A stretch of 57,865 nucleotides of DNA from a virus (Duplodnaviria > Caudoviricetes): positions 1 through 57,865 of the IMG/VR virus record IMGVR_UViG_3300024999_000121. One strand, written 5' to 3'. The notes beneath the pieces are model-generated. The model ran no database searches and was not told the DNA's origin. It saw nothing but the letters and a program-made list of their open reading frames with translations. Shown here piece by piece: positions 37,065 to 46,423 of this stretch; the first letter of the stretch is position 1, and every line of letters begins with the position of its first letter. Made by a program: the position numbers and the translations under genes.

Positions 37065-37865
37065 GTGGTGACAAGATTGAAATACACAGTCTTAGGGTTT
37101 CAACAAGAGAAGTTAATAGAGAACGGGTTATGCATGAATGATGCCTTAATATTAAGGACTATAAAGGATATGTACTCCTCGGCATCAATGGAATTCAAAG
37201 ATTTCGATGGAATTAAGTACGTATGGATTAACTACACATATCTAGCTAAGCAAATACCTATTATAGGGAAAAAAAGATACCTAATGAGTAGAATCGAATC
37301 ATATGGAAAAGAGCATCTCCTATTAAGGGTTCTAGAAAAAACAAGACATGGGCAAAAGGGAAACTTCTCCTATGTATCACCTACTGAAAAGTTGGATAAT
37401 CTGCAAGACTATGACCCTTATGCACAGAACGCACAAGGGGGCTTATGCACAGAACGCACAAGCCTTACGCATGAATCGCATAACAAAGATACTTCTATTA
37501 GTGATACTTCTATAAATAAAATACCCTATGTGGAAATAGTGGACTATCTTAACCTGCAGACTAAATCTTCCTATAGGTCTAGCGGAAATTCCATAAGAAC
37601 TCTGATTCATGCAAGATGGGAAGATGGATACAGGCTAGATAATTTTAAAAAGGTTATTGATAACAAGGTGTCTAGTTGGACTGGAACTGAACACGAAAAG
37701 TATCTTAGGCCGGAAACATTGTTTGGCACAAAGTTTGATAGCTATCTAAATGAAAAAGGTTCATCCATCAAGAAGTCAACCAGTCCACTTCAGGGGGAAG
37801 ATGCAAGGGCAATGCTTAGGAGGCAAAGAGAAGAATTGAAGTCGAGAGAGGATGTTAAGTCGTGA
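37065..37865 (+). CDS. phage replication initiator (replisome organiser)
   Basis: C-terminal IVDYLN...FKKVIDNK...YLRPETLFGTKFDSYLN; internal iterons. Confidence 0.85.
   Translation: MVTRLKYTVLGFQQEKLIENGLCMNDALILRTIKDMYSSASMEFKDFDGIKYVWINYTYLAKQIPIIGKKRYLMSRIESYGKEHLLLRVLEKTRHGQKGNFSYVSPTEKLDNLQDYDPYAQNAQGGLCTERTSLTHESHNKDTSISDTSINKIPYVEIVDYLNLQTKSSYRSSGNSIRTLIHARWEDGYRLDNFKKVIDNKVSSWTGTEHEKYLRPETLFGTKFDSYLNEKGSSIKKSTSPLQGEDARAMLRRQREELKSREDVKS
37417..37513 (+). repeat. iterons of lytic origin within initiator gene
   Basis: CTTATGCACAGAACGCACAAG x2 plus degenerate third copy; GATACTTCTAT x2. Confidence 0.75.
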
Positions 37866-38107
37866 CATTAAACGATACTATTTCAATGCTGGAAATCATC
37901 ACTGACTTTTATCCAGAAATGAAAATGACAGAGAAAACTCCTGAGCGTTGGCAGATGTTAATTCATAAAATCAAAAAAGAGGATATGTGGAGATATGTTC
38001 AGCAGTACGTTTCTGAAAGTAATAGGCCGCCGCACATATCCGATTTTAAACAGATGTGGCAGGGTGATCCTTCGGCAGTAGCTTGTAACGATAAGGTGGG
38101 TGAATGA
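37862..38107 (+). CDS. G39P-like helicase loader/inhibitor
   Basis: MT......LEII...YP...W........PPHISD. Confidence 0.6.
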   Translation: MTLNDTISMLEIITDFYPEMKMTEKTPERWQMLIHKIKKEDMWRYVQQYVSESNRPPHISDFKQMWQGDPSAVACNDKVGE

Positions 38108-38532
38108 AGATGTTGGATGATTTAAAAAAGAATGAGTTTGTGAGTTTATTCCCAGCTAATAAGAAAAGCACGATTTGCAACAAGATACTTGAGCAAATAC
38201 GTTTAGGGGGGACTAACAGACTTGGGATTGCCATAAGCGTAGTATCTAAATTGAATAAATACCCAGACGATAATGGCGATTTACTGTTTACCCTTGGGAT
38301 GAATAAGGACCTATTCATGGATGCGATTACCTACTACATCGAACACGAAAAGCTGTCTCATGCTGAAAAGGAAGAACTGAAGCGTTCTAAGGGCAAGGAA
38401 TATATCGAGGTAAATATGGGGCAGCAATCTATTACTGAAAAGCAAATATGGAAGCTCAATAAGTTGGGGTACGAGGGAACCTATGATTTAACAAAGCTTG
38501 AGGCAAGCCGAAAGATCGAAGAGCTTCTATGA
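38104..38532 (+). CDS. hypothetical replication-module protein
   Basis: C-terminal TEKQ..L..LG...T..EAS..I motif. Confidence 0.6.
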   Translation: MKMLDDLKKNEFVSLFPANKKSTICNKILEQIRLGGTNRLGIAISVVSKLNKYPDDNGDLLFTLGMNKDLFMDAITYYIEHEKLSHAEKEELKRSKGKEYIEVNMGQQSITEKQIWKLNKLGYEGTYDLTKLEASRKIEELL

Positions 38533-40469
38533 AGAAGGAAGGGTTCATAAAGAACATTCCTCCCGAAATGCAACGACAAAAGAATTGGGTTGCATGGATC
38601 TTGAAGCAGAACAAAGACAATCCTACGCGAATGGATAAAGTTCCGGTCAATGCGGTGACTAAGGGTATGGCTCAATCCAATAATCCCGAAACATGGTGCA
38701 ACCTGAATATCGCATTGGAGTATGCAGCCAAGAACAACTTGAACGGCATCGGGTTTATGCTATCCCCCCCATTTGTAGGTATAGACATAGACCATTGCAT
38801 AAATGAGCAGGGAGAATTATCCCCCTTGGCTGATGAGATTCTAGAACAGTTACCTACTTATGCTGAGATTTCCCCAAGTGGGACAGGACTCCATATCTTC
38901 TGTAGAGGAACATTACCACCCAAGGGACGCAAGAATAGCTCTCTGGGGCTAGAGATTTACACGGAGGGGCGTTTCCTAACCTTCACCGGTAAACTGCTCA
39001 CTAGCCACCCTCCAACGCTTGCAGATTGCAACGAGCAGATACAGGCTATACACGCTAAATATTTGGACAAGCCGGAACCTCCAAAAAGGGAACGAGTTTC
39101 ATCTACAGTAACGCTTGGAGGTGGTGACGTTTTAGAAAAAGCCATGAGTAGTAAGAATGGAGATAAGTTCAAGGATTTATACAACGGAAGCTGGCAAGGA
39201 TACGCATCATCCCAAAGCGAGGCCGATCTTGCATTCTGTAACTCATTGGCATTCTGGACCGGGGCGAACGAGCAAACTATGGATTCAATTTTTAGGCAAT
39301 CGGGATTATTCAGGGATAAATGGGACGAACGACATTTTAGCTCTGGAAAAACCTATGGTCAGTCTGTGTTAGGAAAGGCCATAGACGGATGCAACGAGGT
39401 TTATAGGGTGAAGGAAGAAAGAATAAAAGAGGTTATTCCGGAGGTAACGGCAGACGAAATACTTTCGGGTCCAAGTAAGCGAGCGGACATGTTTTTCAGA
39501 CAGTCGTATCGCCGGACAGGGATACTTGGGTACAAAATAGGAGATCAATTCAAGGACTTAATGCACAAGTTGGATGGAATACAACCTGGAATGTACCTTT
39601 TGGGAGCAATTTCTAATGTCGGAAAGACGAGCTGGCTACTAAATTTATGTAAAAGCCTGGTTGAAAATAACGAAGAACTGCAAGTTGTATTCTTTTCGAT
39701 TGATGATAATTTCAGGAAAATATATTACCGACTTCTGGCAATGCAAACGATGCAGGAAATTAACTTCGTCTCAAACATCGGACAGCATGTCACTTATAAC
39801 AAGGAAATGAGCGAAGAAGATAAGAAGAGCAAACTATCTACCCTTGAGGTTGGGAAAGCAATGATTGATGTCCTACTAAGCAGGTTTACCCTTCTTGATG
39901 AAATGGACGGTAATAGCCTGGGGTACATCGAAAAAACCATCGAAAAGCTGCATGAACTTAATCCAAGATTGGTCGTGGTGGTTGATAACTTCCATAAGAT
40001 ACGAACCCCATCCCGGGGAGCATCGGAACCAAAGAACAGATTCACCCTATTGTCTGAGGAAATGAAGAGAATCACAAACAGATTCGATATCCCAGTACTT
40101 ATGACGGTTGAGCTTAGAAAACCAAACGGAAATAAGCCTCCTACGGTTGACGACCTAAAGGACACGGTTGACCTACATTATGATTCGGACATAGTTTTCC
40201 TACTCCATAGCGATAGTGAGCGAAATAAAGATAGTACAAAATACATTGACGCAATGATAAATGGCAAGGAGCATCATTCTCCAATCGTTGACTTGATTGT
40301 AGCGAAGAACAAATTGTCTGGGTTCAAGGGAACCATTGAATATGTCCTTGTCCCAAGTTTAGCAATCTACCAAGAAGAGGATTATTTCAGGAAAAATTTA
40401 GCTCAAGGGGTAATGAGGTTAAAGAATATAGGGGTTGAGGTAAAGAAGGACGTTGGTTGTCCATGGTAA
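38529..40469 (+). CDS. primase-polymerase / DnaB-like helicase fusion
   Basis: GIDIDHC, EISPSGTGLH, EIY..GRF; SQSEADLAFC..LAFW; Walker A GAISNVGKT, VVVDNFH, DSDIV, KNK. Confidence 0.85.
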   Translation: MKKEGFIKNIPPEMQRQKNWVAWILKQNKDNPTRMDKVPVNAVTKGMAQSNNPETWCNLNIALEYAAKNNLNGIGFMLSPPFVGIDIDHCINEQGELSPLADEILEQLPTYAEISPSGTGLHIFCRGTLPPKGRKNSSLGLEIYTEGRFLTFTGKLLTSHPPTLADCNEQIQAIHAKYLDKPEPPKRERVSSTVTLGGGDVLEKAMSSKNGDKFKDLYNGSWQGYASSQSEADLAFCNSLAFWTGANEQTMDSIFRQSGLFRDKWDERHFSSGKTYGQSVLGKAIDGCNEVYRVKEERIKEVIPEVTADEILSGPSKRADMFFRQSYRRTGILGYKIGDQFKDLMHKLDGIQPGMYLLGAISNVGKTSWLLNLCKSLVENNEELQVVFFSIDDNFRKIYYRLLAMQTMQEINFVSNIGQHVTYNKEMSEEDKKSKLSTLEVGKAMIDVLLSRFTLLDEMDGNSLGYIEKTIEKLHELNPRLVVVVDNFHKIRTPSRGASEPKNRFTLLSEEMKRITNRFDIPVLMTVELRKPNGNKPPTVDDLKDTVDLHYDSDIVFLLHSDSERNKDSTKYIDAMINGKEHHSPIVDLIVAKNKLSGFKGTIEYVLVPSLAIYQEEDYFRKNLAQGVMRLKNIGVEVKKDVGCPW

Positions 40470-40577
40470 TGAAAGGAGTGTCAAGCTGTGAAGGATGATG
40501 AATTCGACGACATTATGAAGAATATATCCAGATTGGTAGGAGTGCTGAAGAAAACTGATGAGAGATGAGGAACCAAA

Positions 40578-40742
40578 ATGAAATACATGATTCGCCAAAT
40601 GCAATTACAAAAGGTTTATGGGGAAATGAACGCGCTATTGGCTACATTTTATGATCCGCATGATGGCGGCGGACCTGAGTATCCCGATGCTCGTAAAATT
40701 ATTGAAGATATGATCGAGGAATTAGGAAATAACTTTGGATAG
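40578..40742 (+). CDS. hypothetical protein
   Basis: 54 aa with RBS GAGG. Confidence 0.5.
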   Translation: MKYMIRQMQLQKVYGEMNALLATFYDPHDGGGPEYPDARKIIEDMIEELGNNFG

Positions 40743-40821
40743 GGGGAATCAAAATGAAAATGTCAAAGGAAAAGTTTGATGAAATTGCGAGAAAGATAGT
40801 TAAGTTGTTGGAGGTGAGAGG

Positions 40822-41433
40822 ATGAAAAAGGATTTATTACTCTTTGGGGCAATACTGGAAAGCGATATATACGATGATGGATACGGAATAACAGAGGATG
40901 ACGAGCGACTTCTTCGCGTGGCACTCATGAAAGTATACGGGGTTTGCGAAAGTGATTCAGCCGAAAGGAAAGAGGAGGCGGATGCCATTGTTTTTGAAGA
41001 TATGAAAAAGTTGGTTGTTGAAACGAGATGTAAGGTAAACATTTTTGTAAATGAGTCGAAACAAGATTTAGCGATAAATCTTAACTTCTGGAACATAGCT
41101 CGGGAACTCCTGCATGAAAGCAATTGCCGGAAGCGTCGATACGCCTGTGTTATCGCTAACGATGGGGTAATCATAGCTACTGGGTACAATCAACCTCTCG
41201 CAGCATGTACTACGTGCGTTAGGATGGATGTCGAACATAACACAGGGAGTTACGATGATTGTCCAGCGGTGCATGCTGAAGTTTCTGCCTTGATTAATGC
41301 TCCGCAAGAGTTATTGGAAGGTGCTGAACTCTACCTAGTCTGTGCTGACGAACCGAATCCTATACCATGCCCGGGGTGTGCAAAATTGCTGAAATGGGCA
41401 GGGGTTAAGGTGATGAAGGAGGTTGAGGGGTGA
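40822..41433 (+). CDS. dCMP deaminase-family protein
   Basis: SNC, ATGYN, VHAE, PCPGC. Confidence 0.85.
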   Translation: MKKDLLLFGAILESDIYDDGYGITEDDERLLRVALMKVYGVCESDSAERKEEADAIVFEDMKKLVVETRCKVNIFVNESKQDLAINLNFWNIARELLHESNCRKRRYACVIANDGVIIATGYNQPLAACTTCVRMDVEHNTGSYDDCPAVHAEVSALINAPQELLEGAELYLVCADEPNPIPCPGCAKLLKWAGVKVMKEVEG

Positions 41434-41633
41434 GCGAGAAGGAGAAAGCTGTTGAATTACTGAAGGCCCTTACTTCCTATGTCGAATGGGATTGTATATG
41501 GGAATCTATCGAAGGATGCAATGGAAAGTGTATTTTCAGTAAAAAGGTTAAAATAGGAAACAATTCTATCTGTTCCGCTATACGGGAAATTCAGCGAGAA
41601 TTAAGGGATTGTATGGGTGGTGAAATAAAATAA
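41430..41633 (+). CDS. hypothetical protein
   Basis: coupled ORF. Confidence 0.55.
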   Translation: MSEKEKAVELLKALTSYVEWDCIWESIEGCNGKCIFSKKVKIGNNSICSAIREIQRELRDCMGGEIK

Positions 41634-41644
41634 AACACGGCAAC

Positions 41645-42376
41645 ATGCGAACCTATGGCACAATTCTCACGGAAAAACTAGCCAGCGAAAAATGCACGAC
41701 AAGGGCTAGTCCTTGCGTTCGCTACTTCGTGAATGCTGAGGGTGAGAGGATTTCGAGTCCTGAAGAGTTTGAGATGAGTAGGGATGCGTTTATAACTCCT
41801 ACAGAATACAGAAAGAGGGTGGATGGGTTGCCTAAGAGAGACGAGCGAGGTAAGTTCGTTAAGAAGTCAGCAGAGGGCACGGAAGGGGCATTTAAAGAGA
41901 GTAAAGAAGTTGAGGGTGTGATTGTTGGGGGAGGTGGCGAGGAATGTTCTAGAGCGTCATATATGGACGAAAAGTTTGGACTGGAATGGGCCGAGAAGGA
42001 ATTGAGACACGAGCATCCTGAGTGGAAAGAAGGTGATATTTGTCCTGATTGCGGAAAGTTTGAGGTTGAGGGGAAAACCGGACTGTGCAAAAGTTGTAAT
42101 GATGAGCTGAAGAATACAGACATGAGTTATTTTGATGAAAATAAGGATGATCTCGAAGGATTAGCGGAGCCTGAACCTGCGTGGGGCACATTAAGCGATA
42201 ATCAGTTAGCGAGGATAATGGGAGCAGTTAACAAACTCGAAACTGAAGAAGATGACGAAGAATTGTTGACAGAAATCGGTGGCTGGCTGAAGGGAATCAG
42301 AGAGAGAACAATTAAGCGAGCTGGGATTAAGTTTGACGAGCGAATGACCGAGATGATGGCCGGGGTACAGGGATAA
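41645..42376 (+). CDS. acidic hypothetical protein with Zn ribbon
   Basis: RDERGKF, CPDCG...CKSC. Confidence 0.6.
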   Translation: MRTYGTILTEKLASEKCTTRASPCVRYFVNAEGERISSPEEFEMSRDAFITPTEYRKRVDGLPKRDERGKFVKKSAEGTEGAFKESKEVEGVIVGGGGEECSRASYMDEKFGLEWAEKELRHEHPEWKEGDICPDCGKFEVEGKTGLCKSCNDELKNTDMSYFDENKDDLEGLAEPEPAWGTLSDNQLARIMGAVNKLETEEDDEELLTEIGGWLKGIRERTIKRAGIKFDERMTEMMAGVQG

Positions 42377-42405
42377 TAAATTAAAATAATCGGAGGAAGA
42401 TAATA

Positions 42406-42792
42406 ATGAATAGTGCTAATTTAGTTGGTCGCCTTTGTGCTGACCCAAGTTTAACGTATAGCCAAGCAGGTGTTGCCGTATGTAAATTTACCCTTGCCGT
42501 GAATCGTCCGTTTTCTAAAGAAAAAACAGCAGACTTTCTGCCTGTGATTTGTTTTAAAGCTACTGCTGAAAATGTTGCAAATTTTTTATTCAAGGGCAGC
42601 GAAGCATCCGTTACTGGATCAATTCAAACCTCGACATGGGAAAAAGATGGGGTTAAACAATACAAGACAGAGATTTTAGCGGAGAGAGTTGGCTTTATTG
42701 GTGGCAAGGCGCAACAAAGCAATAACAACGCAACAAGTGGTAATCCTGCCTTTGGGACAGAGGTACAATTAGACGAAACAATACCGTTCTGA
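42406..42792 (+). CDS. ssb: single-stranded DNA-binding protein
   Basis: LVGRL..DP, FTLAVNR, KG..V.G.IQT, acidic IPF tail. Confidence 0.95.
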   Translation: MNSANLVGRLCADPSLTYSQAGVAVCKFTLAVNRPFSKEKTADFLPVICFKATAENVANFLFKGSEASVTGSIQTSTWEKDGVKQYKTEILAERVGFIGGKAQQSNNNATSGNPAFGTEVQLDETIPF

Positions 42793-42847
42793 TAATAATT
42801 ATAAATAGGGGTGCATACAAACCATCCACCCCTCGAAGGAGGCCACA

Positions 42848-43138
42848 ATGAAAAACACAAAAACAGCTCGACTAAAAACCCTCTACCCTACGCTCGCTGA
42901 ACTCGAAAAGGCAATAGGAAAGCATGGAAACGCATCAAAGCTTGCTTGCCACTTGAGTATGAGTCGGAAAACTATTACAGATTACAGACTGACATTGGGT
43001 GGCAATGGAACTATTCAGAGTGGTCGCAGGTACATGAAGGATTGTGAGTTGGATGAGAATATTCGCAAGGTAGTCGAGGATGCAGGGGTTGTTGGGGTTG
43101 GGGAAGCGCATCAGTGGATGGGGAAGGTTAAGATATGA
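42848..43138 (+). CDS. HTH-like hypothetical protein
   Basis: GNASKLACHLSMSRKTI. Confidence 0.55.
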   Translation: MKNTKTARLKTLYPTLAELEKAIGKHGNASKLACHLSMSRKTITDYRLTLGGNGTIQSGRRYMKDCELDENIRKVVEDAGVVGVGEAHQWMGKVKI

Positions 43139-43491
43139 GGGTTAAGCGACCAGGTGGAAAATATCACGCTAAAAAAACTGTTGTCGATGGGATAATCTTT
43201 GACAGTAACAAAGAAAGTGTTAGGTATATTGAATTAAGGAATCTAAAAATGGTTGGAATAATTAAAGACTTCACATGTCAACCCTCGTTTGTTCTACAAG
43301 AAGGATATAGGCGCAAAGACGGAAAAAGAATACGGGCCATTAAGTATGTTGCAGACTTCGAAGTTATTTATCCTGACGGACATGCGGAAATAGAGGATGT
43401 AAAGGGTGTTCTGACTCCCGTTTTTAAGCTCAAGCAAAAGATACTCGAAAAGGTTTATCCTGATATTAATTTTAAGGTGGTAATGAAGTGA
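43135..43491 (+). CDS. DUF1064-family nuclease
   Basis: KYHAKK..VDGI.FDS..E, YVADF, EDVKG. Confidence 0.85.
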   Translation: MRVKRPGGKYHAKKTVVDGIIFDSNKESVRYIELRNLKMVGIIKDFTCQPSFVLQEGYRRKDGKRIRAIKYVADFEVIYPDGHAEIEDVKGVLTPVFKLKQKILEKVYPDINFKVVMK

Positions 43492-44027
43492 AAAGTTGCA
43501 GACATTGCAAACACGTATTCCAGCAACTAGAAAAAACTTGTGGGGTATGTAACAAGCACTATGGATTTCCAAAATGGGAACCGAAAACTCCTGTTATCCC
43601 AACCAAACTAATGGGTACCACAGACCCCATATTCCTTCCATACCGCAAGCGCGCCGACGATGCAGGGGCAGACCTACGAGCAAGGATAGATTCGTCCGTC
43701 CTCCTGCATCATGGACACATGCTTAAAATACCATCAGGAATCGGGGTATCTATCCCCGAAGGGTATGTTGGGCTAATACAACCAAGGTCGGGAGCATCAT
43801 CCGAGGGGAAGCTCGTTATCACTGGCACAATTGACCCCGGTTATTCTGGTGAAATGTCCATGAATATATTTAATCCTTTCGACTCGAATTATGTAGTTAT
43901 CAACCCAAAAGAGCGCATAGCCCAACTCGTTGTGGTGCCTTGTCTACAGACTGAGTTTGTGCAGGTTGATGAGCTGGGAGAGAGTGAGCGCGGAACCGCG
44001 GGGTTCGGATCGACAGGAAAGGAATGA
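43488..44027 (+). CDS. dut: trimeric dUTPase with N-terminal Cys cluster
   Basis: AGADL, PRSG, GTIDPGYSGE, RIAQ, RGTAGFGSTG. Confidence 0.95.
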   Translation: MKSCRHCKHVFQQLEKTCGVCNKHYGFPKWEPKTPVIPTKLMGTTDPIFLPYRKRADDAGADLRARIDSSVLLHHGHMLKIPSGIGVSIPEGYVGLIQPRSGASSEGKLVITGTIDPGYSGEMSMNIFNPFDSNYVVINPKERIAQLVVVPCLQTEFVQVDELGESERGTAGFGSTGKE

Positions 44028-44134
44028 GCTTGACTATGGAAACCATCAGAACTTGGCTGAAAATCCTGAACGAGAAGTATTTGGCGTTACCGAGGGTTGA
44101 TGATCAGAGGAAGACAGAGAAGGAGGAATAGGTT

Positions 44135-44554
44135 TTGGAGGAAAAGTTTAGCTCTATCCTTGAGCAAATTATTGAGCTACTTACCAAGAAAAGAAACGAC
44201 TATGGAGACAACTATGAACAGGGTAGAGAGAAGCGTGGACCGGTTGCCTTTTATCTTCGCATAGAGGATAAATTGAACCGCATTGAACAGTTGGATTCTA
44301 ATCCTGCGCAAGTTAAGACGGAGTCAATTGAGGACACGCTTAACGACATTATAGGATATTGCACTCTTGAGATTAATTATCGAAGGGAGAAGGAATCATC
44401 GGAGAGTACAAGGTTAAGGTGCGCTGATGGTTTCTGCACAAATGAGGAAATGGTTACAAGCAAAGACGTTACTGAGTGTAAGAATGCCATCACTATAAGC
44501 AAGGGTCTTAATTGGTTTGTATCTTGCCCGAGAAGATCTGGGAATGATGATTAA
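44135..44554 (+). CDS. DUF1599 / nucleotide-modification-associated domain protein
   Basis: KKRNDYG, RIEDKLNR, ESIEDTL.D..GY. Confidence 0.8.
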   Translation: MEEKFSSILEQIIELLTKKRNDYGDNYEQGREKRGPVAFYLRIEDKLNRIEQLDSNPAQVKTESIEDTLNDIIGYCTLEINYRREKESSESTRLRCADGFCTNEEMVTSKDVTECKNAITISKGLNWFVSCPRRSGNDD

Positions 44555-44569
44555 GGGGGAATTAACTAA

Positions 44570-44824
44570 ATGTTAATGGATAAAATTCGCGAAAAAATGG
44601 ACAAGCGATATAACACAGATTTGACGGTGAAGCTTGCAGACATGGGGTTTACGGCAAGAACATTTCACACGCTCAGAAGGGCCGGGATAGAGGTATCCGG
44701 CGACTTAGCTAAGTTGTCATGGAAAGAGCTTATGGGGTACAGAAATGTTGTGCGCATGACATGTCAGGAAGCGAGCGATAAGTTGGAGGATATGGGGTTA
44801 TCGTTGAGAAAGGAAGGGAGATAG
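44570..44824 (+). CDS. stand-alone RNA polymerase alpha-CTD-like protein
   Basis: TARTFHTLRRAGI...DL...RN...LEDMGLSLR. Confidence 0.75.
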   Translation: MLMDKIREKMDKRYNTDLTVKLADMGFTARTFHTLRRAGIEVSGDLAKLSWKELMGYRNVVRMTCQEASDKLEDMGLSLRKEGR

Positions 44825-44825
44825 T

Positions 44826-45329
44826 ATGGATAAGGTAAAGGTAACGATTGAATACATGGGTGACGTACAGAAGTTTGAGTGTGATGTCGTGCTTATGGGA
44901 GGGGCCAACATCGAGCTAAAAGAGGGAGGACTACCCCGTATTGCATTAAGGGGAGCAATGCGGGGTAGTGGTGATATATTATCTCTCAATAGGATTTACG
45001 CTTGCTTGGGAAATTCGGTACATGAAAATAATATCAAACAAGCGTATGGGATGAGCAACGAAGAGGCGGTGGAAAGCGTTAGAGATATTATGCCTAAGGC
45101 GGAGAGAATGGAAGGAAACTTACTCGACAAAAGCCTTGAGGAACTAGATGTAACCGTCCGGTCCTACAATTGTCTGAAGGGAGCAGGGATTAACTGTGTG
45201 GGTGATTTAGTAAAGATGTCCGAGGATGATTTGTGCCACATTAGGAATATGGGTAGGAGGTGCGTTGAAGAGATTGCGGAGAAGCTGAAGGAGATTGGGT
45301 TGGAGTTAAGGGAGGATGGTGTTAAATGA
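44826..45329 (+). CDS. protein with C-terminal RNA polymerase alpha-CTD
   Basis: LEELDVTVRSYNCLKGAGI..VGDL...IRNMGRRCVEEI. Confidence 0.88.
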   Translation: MDKVKVTIEYMGDVQKFECDVVLMGGANIELKEGGLPRIALRGAMRGSGDILSLNRIYACLGNSVHENNIKQAYGMSNEEAVESVRDIMPKAERMEGNLLDKSLEELDVTVRSYNCLKGAGINCVGDLVKMSEDDLCHIRNMGRRCVEEIAEKLKEIGLELREDGVK

Positions 45330-45628
45330 TTTACGAAAATGATAAGCAGATAACCGTTGTGCTTGGAGAAGGTGATATTGCGCTAGGGGTTTCAGTGATG
45401 GATGATAATCCATACGGGATATCTATTCAGCAGTTAAACGGAAAACACGAAATTGGTTCGGAATTAGGAACCGACGACATAAAGGATGGCGTTAAGCAGA
45501 TAAGTATCTTGTTTGCGAATAAAGAAGGAATTGAATCGTTAGCCAGGGCACTTGAAAGGTTTGCGAAAGCTGTTGCTGGTAAACGGCAGGAGGAAGACTA
45601 TGAATCTAAAACTACGTCTGAAGCTTAG
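45326..45628 (+). CDS. hypothetical protein
   Basis: coupled ORF. Confidence 0.6.
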   Translation: MIYENDKQITVVLGEGDIALGVSVMDDNPYGISIQQLNGKHEIGSELGTDDIKDGVKQISILFANKEGIESLARALERFAKAVAGKRQEEDYESKTTSEA

Positions 45629-45761
45629 AGGGTGGCTGGATGAAAAGTACTGCACGAACAACGGGGAAGTTGCTTATATATCAGTGGTTTGTTGTGTTAT
45701 TGGGTTTTTGCTGTGTGTGTTGGTATTAAAGTATGGAGGGTTTAGATACATGCGTCAATAA
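45600..45761 (+). CDS. small membrane protein
   Basis: RBS AGGAGG; C-terminal TM helix. Confidence 0.5.
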   Translation: MNLKLRLKLRGWLDEKYCTNNGEVAYISVVCCVIGFLLCVLVLKYGGFRYMRQ

Positions 45762-45838
45762 GTCCTGCCCACTGAAAGTAAGAAATAAAGGAATACTTTG
45801 CTTAGGGTATATGGGGAAATAGGAGGGGGATTGGGACG

Positions 45839-46258
45839 ATGGCAATACAAGAATTTGCTAAGATGTTGGATGGCCGGGAAAGTGGTAACGAGATTACCTG
45901 CGAAGAAATAGAACAAGCTAAGGAGTTGGGATTCGTCGTGGTATGTGGATACTCGGACGATAATGCTGAATTACAGGGAGCTATTCGCGATGAAATTAGC
46001 TGCTTCGAGGGTGGAGAAATACGCTTAGACAGCAATGGTGTATTTGAAGAATGCGATTGCGAATGCTCGCACTCTGTACTGGCGAAGGAAAAATGCAAGC
46101 TGATTGACATTAGGTGGGATGACAGCGAAGGAGAATATGCTTGGACTTATGAAACAGAAATACCTCATGCAACATTTGATGTACTGGACGAGGGAGGCAA
46201 TAAGTGGTGCAGGGGTATTGTGTTCGATATTAAAAGCTTGGAGGAAGCAAAATGCTAA
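45839..46258 (+). CDS. hypothetical phage protein
   Basis: VVCGYSDD..EL.GAI.DE, IPHATF. Confidence 0.7.
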   Translation: MAIQEFAKMLDGRESGNEITCEEIEQAKELGFVVVCGYSDDNAELQGAIRDEISCFEGGEIRLDSNGVFEECDCECSHSVLAKEKCKLIDIRWDDSEGEYAWTYETEIPHATFDVLDEGGNKWCRGIVFDIKSLEEAKC

Positions 46259-46407
46259 ATGCAGATATGTTAAAAGAAAACAGCGTCCTGATTGAAGGAA
46301 AATGGTTTGCAGCTAGGCCGATTACAGGGAGTTTGATTAGTAGATTGAGAGATGCAATTCAGGTACTAAAGGGCACGGCTGATGCAGTTAAATTTTATAA
46401 GCAATAA
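46252..46407 (+). CDS. hypothetical protein
   Basis: 51 aa, RBS GGAGG, GKWFAARP. Confidence 0.5.
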   Translation: MLNADMLKENSVLIEGKWFAARPITGSLISRLRDAIQVLKGTADAVKFYKQ

Positions 46408-46423
46408 GGGGTGATCTCCAGCG

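Noticed and set aside
44570-45329. Host rpoA / bacterial chromosomal flank
   Set aside because: Only CTDs are present, embedded among phage genes; no host genes in the window
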